Positions 25,795-32,000 of a DNA stretch of 32,000 nt are shown piece by piece. The notes beneath the pieces were generated by a model. That model searched no databases. It was not told where the DNA came from and was given only the letters and a program-made list of their open reading frames with translations. Source of the DNA: Gammaproteobacteria bacterium (lineage in GTDB: Bacteria; Pseudomonadota; Gammaproteobacteria; JBIOEC01); NCBI GenBank assembly GCA_965279305.1, contig OZ257143.1:750001-782000 (forward strand). Reading direction: 5' to 3'. How positions within the stretch are numbered: the first letter of the stretch is position 1; each line of letters starts with the position of its first letter. Both the position numbers and the translations under genes were made by a program.

Positions 25795-26367
25795 CTACTT
25801 CTCCTTTTTAGTACTGCTAGGTGATACGTCACTCTCTAATTCTTCAATCGTAAATTGACGATTGGTGTAAATACAAATATCGGCGGCAATGCCTAATGAT
25901 TTTTCAGTAATATCGCGAGCGCCTAATTTGGTATTAGCTAATAAAGCGCGAGCCGCTGATTGAGCAAAAGGTCCACCGGAACCAATAGCAATCATATTAT
26001 CTTCAGGCTCTATCACATCTCCATTTCCGGTAATGACCAGAGAGGCTTGTTTATCGGCCACGATTAATAAGGCTTCTAAGCGTCGCAATACGCGATCGGT
26101 ACGCCAGTCTTTTGCCATTTCTACGGCGGCGCGAACAAGCTGGCCACTGTGTTTTTCTAGTTTGGCTTCAAAACGTTCGAATAAGGTAAAAGCATCTGCG
26201 GTACCGCCAGCAAATCCGGCAATAACACTATTGTTGTATAAACGTCTGACTTTGCGTGCATTCGACTTCATAACAGTGCTGCCCATCGTGACTTGACCGT
26301 CTCCGCCAATAACGACTTTGTCGCCGCGGCGTACACATAGGATGGTGGTTCCACGAAATTGTTCCAT
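25795..26367 (-). CDS. hslV: HslUV protease peptidase subunit HslV
   Basis: The core [23 protein letters not shown]...[17 protein letters not shown] is present. I place the start at the ATG at 26367 (MEQFRG-TT) because AGGAG lies 7 nt upstream. The 25 extra N-terminal codons of the track ORF are probably not translated. Confidence 0.95.
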   Translation of the reverse strand: MEQFRGTTILCVRRGDKVVIGGDGQVTMGSTVMKSNARKVRRLYNNSVIAGFAGGTADAFTLFERFEAKLEKHSGQLVRAAVEMAKDWRTDRVLRRLEALLIVADKQASLVITGNGDVIEPEDNMIAIGSGGPFAQSAARALLANTKLGARDITEKSLGIAADICIYTNRQFTIEELESDVSPSSTKKEK

Positions 26368-26414
26368 TTGCTGCTCCTGTTCAGTACCTATAGGTGTTAG
26401 TGGGTATTTTATAC

Positions 26415-26443
26415 TAATGGGGATGATATTTCCTAATTTCAAG
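26415..26443 (-). promoter_or_regulatory. sigma-32 (heat-shock) type promoter upstream of hslV
   Basis: The minus strand reads GGGAACTTGAAA-ttaggaaatatcat-CCCCATTAG. That is CTTGAAA (26443-26437), a 14-nt spacer, then CCCCATTA (26422-26415). The E. coli sigma-32 consensus is CTTGAAA-N13-15-CCCCATnT. It ends about 48 nt upstream of the hslV ATG. Confidence 0.6.
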
Positions 26444-26472
26444 TTCCCTTGCCTGCTGGGTTTAAAGTCATA

Positions 26473-26499
26473 TTGCTAGCAGTCGTTTTATGGTATGAT
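26473..26499 (+). promoter_or_regulatory. possible extended -10 sigma-70 promoter for the VOC-family gene
   Basis: TTGCTA (26473-26478), a 15-nt spacer, then TGgTATGAT (TG at 26491-26492, TATGAT at 26494-26499). Confidence 0.35.
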
Positions 26500-26526
26500 C
26501 TTTGCTTTAAATTAAGGGTGAGACGG

Positions 26527-26946
26527 ATGAAAGGAGTGAGGCCACCATCGACGTTGGGAATGCGGCATATTGCGCTAAATGTTGATGATATGGAAGCGAG
26601 CCTTCATTTTTACCGAGATTTATTAGGCTTGTCAGTAGAATGGCAGCCCGATCTTGACAATATTTACCTAACGTCAGGGTACGATAACGTAGCATTGCAT
26701 AAAGCGCCCAGTGGCTTTAAAATGGGCTCCCACCAGCGTTTAGACCGCCGTTTAGATCATTGCGGGTTTATGCTGGCCAGCGAAGAAGAAGTAGATAAAT
26801 GGCATGTTTTTTTGCGGGAAAATGGGGTAACAATAAAAACAGAACCACGCACTCATCGGGATGGAGCGCGGAGTTTTTATTGCGAAGATCCGGATGGGAA
26901 TGTGGTGCAAATGATTTATCATCCACCGTTAATCACAAAGAAATAG
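26527..26946 (+). CDS. VOC family protein (glyoxalase/bleomycin-resistance/dioxygenase fold)
   Basis: It has the typical VOC opening (RHIALNVDDMEASLHFYRDLLGL) and end (FYCEDPDGNVVQM). The start is ambiguous between 26527 and 26560. The track start at 26449 is unlikely. Confidence 0.8.
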   Translation: MKGVRPPSTLGMRHIALNVDDMEASLHFYRDLLGLSVEWQPDLDNIYLTSGYDNVALHKAPSGFKMGSHQRLDRRLDHCGFMLASEEEVDKWHVFLRENGVTIKTEPRTHRDGARSFYCEDPDGNVVQMIYHPPLITKK

Positions 26947-26964
26947 GCGGGAAAAGCAGAAAAA

Positions 26965-27810
26965 ATGAAAGATAAACTTAGATTACTTGGTTTTAACAAC
27001 TTAACAAAAACATTGAGCTTTAATATCTATGATATTTGCTATGCTGCTACCGAGCAACATAGACGTGAGTATATCGAATATATTGACGAAGTGTATAACG
27101 CCGAAAGATTAACCCAAATTCTGACTGACGTGACTGAAATTATTGGCGCCAATATTTTAAATGTGGCACGTCAAGATTATGAGCCTCAAGGTGCCAGCGT
27201 AACTATGCTGATTTCTGAAGAACCCTTGAAAAGTGCGCACGGAGCTAACTTAGAAGAAACTCCAGGGCCTTGGCCTGGTGTTTTATCTGAAACCGAAGGG
27301 GCTTCTGATAAAAAAATAGTATCTGAAACAGTAGTAGGGCATTTAGATAAAAGTCATATCACCGTTCACACCTATCCTGAAAGTCATCCTCATAATGGTA
27401 TTAGTACCTTCAGAGCCGATATTGATGTGTCCACCTGTGGTCTTATTTCACCTCTAAAAGCATTGAATTATTTAATTCACAGCTTTGATTCTGATATTGT
27501 AACTGTTGATTACCGTGTTAGAGGTTTTACTCGTGATGTAGACGGTAAAAAGCTTTATATCGATCATGATATTAATTCTATTCAGAATTATTTAACAGAA
27601 GATACTCAAGATAAATATCAAATGATCGACGTGAACGTATATCAAGAAAATATCTTTCATACCAAAATGATGCTAAAAGCGTTTGAATTAGATAATTACT
27701 TATTTGGTTTGGGAAGCAATGAGTTTACTCCCGCTGAAAAAGAAAATATCAAAGAGCGCGTATTGCATGAAATGCTAGAAATTTTCTACGCCAAAAACTT
27801 CCAAATTTGA
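26965..27810 (+). CDS. speD: S-adenosylmethionine decarboxylase proenzyme (E. coli-type class 1A, pyruvoyl enzyme)
   Basis: It is colinear with E. coli SpeD: [43 protein letters not shown], the self-cleavage site HLDKS|[47 protein letters not shown] and [13 protein letters not shown]. 281 aa. Confidence 0.95.
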   Translation: MKDKLRLLGFNNLTKTLSFNIYDICYAATEQHRREYIEYIDEVYNAERLTQILTDVTEIIGANILNVARQDYEPQGASVTMLISEEPLKSAHGANLEETPGPWPGVLSETEGASDKKIVSETVVGHLDKSHITVHTYPESHPHNGISTFRADIDVSTCGLISPLKALNYLIHSFDSDIVTVDYRVRGFTRDVDGKKLYIDHDINSIQNYLTEDTQDKYQMIDVNVYQENIFHTKMMLKAFELDNYLFGLGSNEFTPAEKENIKERVLHEMLEIFYAKNFQI

Positions 27811-27913
27811 TGCAAATTTTTCTCATAATTCGTATCTTGTTATCTTGAAAGTTTGGTGGATAATAATCTATTCTCTGCTCCGCATTTACTATTTTTATAT
27901 TGATATGTAATTT

Positions 27914-29434
27914 ATGAAGTACCTTTCTGACATTAATAACTACATTAAATTAGCGAAGGAAAAAATAACCTTTCTAAAAATATTTCTAGGTATCTTGTTT
28001 GTATTAACTTATGTTTTGTTATTGCATGATATTGGAAGTAACGACTATATAATAGGTGCTATGGAGCACATAAGCATGATGTTGGTTGCTCTTTTGGTTC
28101 CCTTGGTTTTTCTTTTAATTAACGATTCCAATTCGCTTGTAGAAAAAAAGGTTATAGCGAAATATGTTGTTGGAGAAAAGAGAGTTGGTTTTTTCATCCT
28201 GCTTTTGAGTGTTAGTTTTTTTTATTGGGGAGATGAGTTTCTTCGGCCAGTCTTGTTAATTTATTATTTAATATCTATGAGCCTCTTTATGAAAACCGTG
28301 TATTTATCATACAGGTGGCTTTTTGATCCCAAAAAACCAATTGGGAAGCAGGGATTTAGAAGTCTTTTGGTAGAGAAGTATTTAGAAGATGAAAATAATT
28401 GGGAGGAGAAAAGTGATGCTTGGTATGAAACATGGGAAAGTGATTTGGATGCAAAAACAGAAGAGCAATATTTGCCTAAATTTATTAAGGATGTAGATGG
28501 TTTTATAAAAACAAATAATTACAAAGATTTGTATAATTATATTGCTATTTACAATTTTTTTTCCAAAAAAAGAAATTTTTTGTACCCGTCAATTTTAACT
28601 AAAATTTCAGATAAGTTACTCGAGTGGGATTTTGAGTTCTTTAAAAATAAAGACAATGAATCTGTCTTTCCTGAGTTTTCGATCTCGAAGTATAATGTTA
28701 GAGATCTAATAAAAAAATGTTTGATTTTTTCTCTTAAAAAATACTCCTCACTGTTTTTCTCATTATTAAATAAACATTCAAAAGGAAAAGAAAATGATTA
28801 TCTTGATGATTTTTTTGGAAATTTTGTTTGTGAGATTTTTTTTCAACATATCGGTGAATCTCCTGAAAGGTTTGCAATATGGGGGGATGGAGCCAATGGT
28901 TCATTTCCTTCTTCATGGAAAGTTACAAAAGAAACAGCAGAAGATGATAAAAATCACATGTCCAAAGTTTGGTATGCTGTATTTTTGAATTTTTTGGGTT
29001 CAAAAATTAACGATAGTTCAAGAATTGATATTGATAGGAATTTAGAAGAGGCTTCATCTAAATTATTTCCATCAGTGGAACCATTGATATGGGCTCCTAT
29101 ACTAACTTATATATTTTCTTGGGAAAGAGGAGATAATAGAATGGAGTCACTGATTAATAAACCTAAAATATTTGGGTTTATGGGTAGAAGCTATCATGTA
29201 TCTTTAAGTGAAGGGATTTCATTAGAAGAAAAACAAAAGATATTTATTAATGATACATATAAACTAGCAGTGGTTTTATTTAAAAATGGGTTGAAAAAGG
29301 ACGAGTTATCTAAATGTATAGATGAATTAGATCGTTTAACTCATTATGATGATACTGAAATAAATAAAATCATGCAAAGAGATCAATATAAAATGATTTT
29401 AATTGAACTAAGAAATAGATTGGATGACAATTAA
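27914..29434 (+). CDS. hypothetical membrane protein (orphan): four N-terminal TM helices plus a cytoplasmic domain of about 370 aa with unknown fold
   Basis: An uninterrupted 506-codon ORF in visibly AT-richer DNA. The TM segments are ITFLKIFLGILFVLTYVLLL, ISMMLVALLVPLVFLLI, VGFFILLLSVSFFYW and PVLLIYYLISMSLFMKTVYL. I recognise no catalytic or family motif in the remainder. There is no clear Shine-Dalgarno. Confidence 0.65.
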   Translation: MKYLSDINNYIKLAKEKITFLKIFLGILFVLTYVLLLHDIGSNDYIIGAMEHISMMLVALLVPLVFLLINDSNSLVEKKVIAKYVVGEKRVGFFILLLSVSFFYWGDEFLRPVLLIYYLISMSLFMKTVYLSYRWLFDPKKPIGKQGFRSLLVEKYLEDENNWEEKSDAWYETWESDLDAKTEEQYLPKFIKDVDGFIKTNNYKDLYNYIAIYNFFSKKRNFLYPSILTKISDKLLEWDFEFFKNKDNESVFPEFSISKYNVRDLIKKCLIFSLKKYSSLFFSLLNKHSKGKENDYLDDFFGNFVCEIFFQHIGESPERFAIWGDGANGSFPSSWKVTKETAEDDKNHMSKVWYAVFLNFLGSKINDSSRIDIDRNLEEASSKLFPSVEPLIWAPILTYIFSWERGDNRMESLINKPKIFGFMGRSYHVSLSEGISLEEKQKIFINDTYKLAVVLFKNGLKKDELSKCIDELDRLTHYDDTEINKIMQRDQYKMILIELRNRLDDN

Positions 29435-29435
29435 T

Positions 29436-30086
29436 TTAAATATAGTAAGAGAGTGTGGTCATGATTTTCGCAGGAATTCTCATGGCCCATTTCACGCTGG
29501 TGGGCAATTCTGTTGCTCCTCGCATTTGAGCTTGATATCCGTGATGCTGCTCATCTAATCGCATTTGCTCTAACACCGCACGGCTTTGTTGATCTTCTGG
29601 CGGTAATTCAGATAAATGTTCTGTTAAATGTGCTTCTACTTGCTTCTCTGTTTCTACTACAAAACCCAAACTATATTTATCATTCGTTAAACCGGCTATT
29701 ACCCCAATAGCAAGAGAACCCATAAACCATAATGGATTAAGATAACTGGTATGGGTGTTAAGTGCACGTATGCGATCTTCACACCAAATTAGATGATCTT
29801 GCTCTTCACGGGCTGCATGCAATAAAGTCTCACGCGTTTCATAATGTCGTGCCACTAAAGCTTGTCCTAAATATAAGGCTTGTGCTGCAATTTCGCCTGT
29901 GTAATTCACGCGCATTAATGCGCCGCTCTGTTTTTCATTTTTTTTACTTAAGGAAATAGAAGGGATGGTGTGTGCGGGTGAAGGCCGTCCTGTTCCAGTC
30001 AGGCGATGCGCAAAGCTGCGCAAAATACTATCGAATCCTACGACAAATTGGTCAACGGTAGATAAATCTCGTGGAAGATCTTTCAT
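29436..30086 (-). CDS. coq7: 2-polyprenyl-3-methyl-6-methoxy-1,4-benzoquinol hydroxylase, Coq7 type (di-iron)
   Basis: The di-iron carboxylate motifs are present (NYTGEIAAQALY, AREEQDHLIWC, ETEKQVEAHL, RLDEQHH). It is colinear with Pseudomonas Coq7. Starting at the ATG at 30086 (MKDLPRD...) gives 216 aa, against about 215 aa for Pseudomonas Coq7 as I remember it. The track ORF start (TTG at 30122) overlaps the upstream small ORF. Confidence 0.9.
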   Translation of the reverse strand: MKDLPRDLSTVDQFVVGFDSILRSFAHRLTGTGRPSPAHTIPSISLSKKNEKQSGALMRVNYTGEIAAQALYLGQALVARHYETRETLLHAAREEQDHLIWCEDRIRALNTHTSYLNPLWFMGSLAIGVIAGLTNDKYSLGFVVETEKQVEAHLTEHLSELPPEDQQSRAVLEQMRLDEQHHGYQAQMRGATELPTSVKWAMRIPAKIMTTLSYYI

Positions 30087-30087
30087 A

Positions 30088-30216
30088 TTAAGGGATAAAC
30101 CATTCATATCCGGCCACAACAATCATGGTAATGGTAAAAATAATAATCATTAAAGGAACAATACCAATACCAAACACTTTATATTTTTTTAAATCATCTC
30201 TAGGCGTTGCTTGCAT
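30088..30216 (-). CDS. small single-TM membrane protein (42 aa), absent from the ORF track
   Basis: The peptide is MQATPRDDLKKYKVFGIGIVPLMIIIFTITMIVVAGYEWFIP. A GAGGT Shine-Dalgarno inside the rpiA 3' end lies 6-7 nt before the ATG at 30216, which is 4 nt after the rpiA stop. Its TAA stop (30090-30088) is 1 nt before the coq7 ATG. Confidence 0.5.
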   Translation of the reverse strand: MQATPRDDLKKYKVFGIGIVPLMIIIFTITMIVVAGYEWFIP

Positions 30217-30220
30217 AAGA

Positions 30221-30883
30221 TTACCTCTTTATTTCTTCTACACCGTTTTTGCTGCCAATTAATAAAATATCAGCAGGACGTTTTGCAAATAAACCATTAG
30301 TCACTACCCCGGGGATAGCATTTAAGCGTTCTTCCATTTTGATAGGATCAGTCAAATCTAAATGAAAAACATCAAGAATAATATTGCCATAATCGCTAGT
30401 GAATTTTTCACGGTAAACGGGATCACCACCCATTTTCACTAATTCACGTGCAACATAGCTGCGAGCCATAGGAATAACTTCAACGGGTAGTGGAAATTCG
30501 CCTAATACTTTTACATATTTACGGTCATCAATAATACAAATAAATTTTCGAGAAAGCCCAGCGATAATTTTTTCGCCAGTTAAAGCGCCACCGCCACCTT
30601 TAATTAATTGTAAATGTTTATTGGCTTCGTCTGCACCATCAATATATAAAGGTAATTCACCTGCAACATTGGGTTCTATCACAGGGATCCCATGGTGTTT
30701 TAATTGAGCAACCGTTGCCTGTGAGCTAGCAACTGCGCCAGCAATATCGTGTTTTCGTGCAGCTAATGCTTCAATAAAAAGATTTACGGTAGAGCCGGTG
30801 CCTACACCGATGGTCATGCCATTTTCTATATATTTTAATGCGGCTTCGGCAGCAGCGCGTTTGTATTGGGTTTGTGTGTCCAT
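30221..30883 (-). CDS. rpiA: ribose-5-phosphate isomerase A
   Basis: Motifs [32 protein letters not shown] and [13 protein letters not shown] are present. I prefer the ATG at 30883 (MDTQTQ) over the TTG at 30898. It starts 4 nt after the ferredoxin stop. Confidence 0.93.
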   Translation of the reverse strand: MDTQTQYKRAAAEAALKYIENGMTIGVGTGSTVNLFIEALAARKHDIAGAVASSQATVAQLKHHGIPVIEPNVAGELPLYIDGADEANKHLQLIKGGGGALTGEKIIAGLSRKFICIIDDRKYVKVLGEFPLPVEVIPMARSYVARELVKMGGDPVYREKFTSDYGNIILDVFHLDLTDPIKMEERLNAIPGVVTNGLFAKRPADILLIGSKNGVEEIKR

Positions 30884-30887
30884 TATG

Positions 30888-31241
30888 TTAACCTGCAAAT
30901 TGATATTCTTTTACAATATTTCCTTGTAAAAAATGTTCTTGAATAATGCGTTCTAGTACCTCAGGGGTGCACGAATGATACCATATTCCTTCAGGATAAA
31001 CGACTGCAATAGGGCCTTTTTCACACACTCTAAGACAATTTGCTTTAGTGCGATATAGTTCAGTGTGACCATCCAATTTTAATTCTTTTATGCGCTTTTT
31101 GAGGTATTCCCAGGATTGTAGGCCAATTTCGTAAGTACAACATTTTGCTTTTGTTTGGTCGCAACATAAAAAAATATGGTATTTGATATCAGATAAATGC
31201 AGTTTTTCGGCCATTTCATGGAGTGAGGGGGTGGGTTGCAT
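30888..31241 (-). CDS. thioredoxin-like [2Fe-2S] ferredoxin family protein
   Basis: Cys clusters ([13 protein letters not shown] and [21 protein letters not shown]) match the Trx-like ferredoxin pattern. An AGGTGA Shine-Dalgarno lies upstream. 117 aa. Confidence 0.8.
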   Translation of the reverse strand: MQPTPSLHEMAEKLHLSDIKYHIFLCCDQTKAKCCTYEIGLQSWEYLKKRIKELKLDGHTELYRTKANCLRVCEKGPIAVVYPEGIWYHSCTPEVLERIIQEHFLQGNIVKEYQFAG

Positions 31242-31414
31242 GAGTATTCACCTATTTTTTTCTATTTAAGTATTAAAAAACCTAAAAACAACTTTATTTT
31301 ATTAAATAATATAGTATACTCAGCTCGATTGTAACGAAAATTTTGGTAATTCTAGTGAAAATAACTATTTTCCTGTTTACCAACTGTTCAACCACTAAAA
31401 CTATGAGGGAACTT

Positions 31415-31810
31415 ATGGCTAAGAAAGCTAAAAAGATGAAGAAGAAAGTTAAAATGGCAGCGAAACCAGTGGTAAAAAGAGGGAAGGTTACCGCCATTAA
31501 AGATAAACATACGAAAAATCAAATCGTAGGATTTATTTCTGAAGATTCAGGCGTTGATAGAAAACACGTTAAATTGGTTTTCGAATCATTACAACGTTTA
31601 GCTCAAGCACACTTAATGAATCGTGGTTCTGGCGAATTAACCATCCCAGAATTAGGCGTTAAATTACGTCGCGTTAAGAAGAAAGCTACCAAAGCTCGTA
31701 AAGGTCGTAACCCATTTACTGGGGAAGAAATTATGATCAAAGCGAAACCAGCTCGTAGCGCAGTACGTGCAACCGCATTGAAAAAGTTAAAAGAGTTAGC
31801 AGAGATGTAA
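31415..31810 (+). CDS. HU/IHF-fold DNA-binding protein with a lysine-rich N-terminal extension
   Basis: The HU core is present (TKNQIVGFISEDSGVDRKHVKLVFESLQ...GRNPFTGEEIMIKAKP). It is preceded by MAKKAKKMKKKVKMAAKPVVKRGK. A GAGGGA Shine-Dalgarno lies 4-5 nt upstream of the ATG at 31415. The track start at 31343 is unlikely. Confidence 0.85.
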   Translation: MAKKAKKMKKKVKMAAKPVVKRGKVTAIKDKHTKNQIVGFISEDSGVDRKHVKLVFESLQRLAQAHLMNRGSGELTIPELGVKLRRVKKKATKARKGRNPFTGEEIMIKAKPARSAVRATALKKLKELAEM

Positions 31811-31822
31811 ACTCTGAGGATG

Positions 31823-31860
31823 GTAGCCTGTTGAAAAATAGGCTACTTTCTCTTTTTATT
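31823..31860 (+). terminator. rho-independent terminator after the HU-like gene
   Basis: GTAGCCT (31823-31829) and AGGCTAC (31840-31846) form a 7-bp stem with a 10-nt loop, followed by TTTCTCTTTTTATT. The T-tract overlaps the purD stop codon on the other strand. Confidence 0.6.
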
Positions 31861-31999
31861 CTTTCACTATTCCTCTCGCCCCAATATCATTTCGATAAAA
31901 AGACCCTGACCAGTGAATTTCAGAAACTCTTTGATAAGCGCGTTTTTGTGCGTCTTCTAAGGTATCTCCTTTTGCAGTAACGCATAGCACGCGTCCACC
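31856..31999 (-). CDS. purD: phosphoribosylamine-glycine ligase, C-terminal 47 codons (5' part outside the window)
   Basis: The minus-strand translation GGRVLCVTAKGDTLEDAQKRAYQRVSEIHWSGSFYRNDIGARGIVKE-stop matches the PurD C-terminus (E. coli GGRVLCVTALGHTVAEAQKRAY...IHW...RKDIG). Confidence 0.8.
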   Translation of the reverse strand, partial: GGRVLCVTAKGDTLEDAQKRAYQRVSEIHWSGSFYRNDIGARGIVKE

Positions 32000-32000
32000 A

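Noticed and set aside
27855-27864. A near-consensus DnaA box (TTATCCACC on the minus strand, 8/9) overlapping the putative -10 of the AT-rich orphan gene.
   Set aside because: It is a single imperfect site in AT-rich DNA. It is indistinguishable from chance without genome-wide statistics.
31294-31497. A 67-aa very hydrophobic ORF on the minus strand upstream of, and overlapping, the HU-like gene.
   Set aside because: It is the antisense reading of the lysine-rich AAG/AAA run (giving Phe/Leu/Ile) and of AT-rich promoter DNA. It has no Shine-Dalgarno. It conflicts with the well-supported HU-like start at 31415.
1-32000. A search by eye for CRISPR arrays, tRNA/rRNA/tmRNA genes, IS elements, integrases and phage genes.
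   Set aside because: I saw no regularly spaced direct repeats, no cloverleaf-capable GC-rich segments in the intergenic gaps, and no transposase or recombinase motifs in any frame. Every intergenic gap is 279 bp or shorter.

Overview
This is a gene-dense, AT-rich chromosomal segment from a gammaproteobacterium. My best guess is Legionellales. That guess rests on remembered protein signatures (an HslV beginning MEQFRGTT, a Coq7-type rather than UbiF-type ubiquinone hydroxylase, many orphan genes) and cannot be verified here.

Most of the window is housekeeping:
- rlmJ-rep
- a DUF1640 gene translationally coupled to tgt
- comM-ubiK and speE
- an OMF-MFP-RND efflux operon
- speA and rsmJ
- an hslV-hslU-ubiE-ubiJ-ubiB string behind a near-consensus sigma-32 promoter
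- a VOC-family gene and speD
- a ferredoxin-rpiA-(small ORF)-coq7 string
- a lysine-tailed HU-like gene and the 3' end of purD

I found no rRNA, tRNA, CRISPR array, transposase or integrase.

The parts housekeeping does not explain are:
1. A strongly AT-rich orphan gene (27914-29434) encoding a 4-TM protein with a large domain I cannot recognise, wedged between speD and coq7.
2. A two-gene envelope module (7800-10824): a small outer-membrane beta-barrel followed by a 745-aa secreted protein with Cys-paired Ig-like modules, a Gly7 linker and a roughly 6-7-bladed beta-propeller.
3. A 1.6-kb islet between rsmJ and ubiB carrying vapBC and a 257-aa orphan, each with its own near-consensus promoter.
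4. A 42-codon membrane ORF missing from the ORF track, translationally coupled between rpiA and coq7.

All functional calls come from motif recognition by eye. No database search was run.
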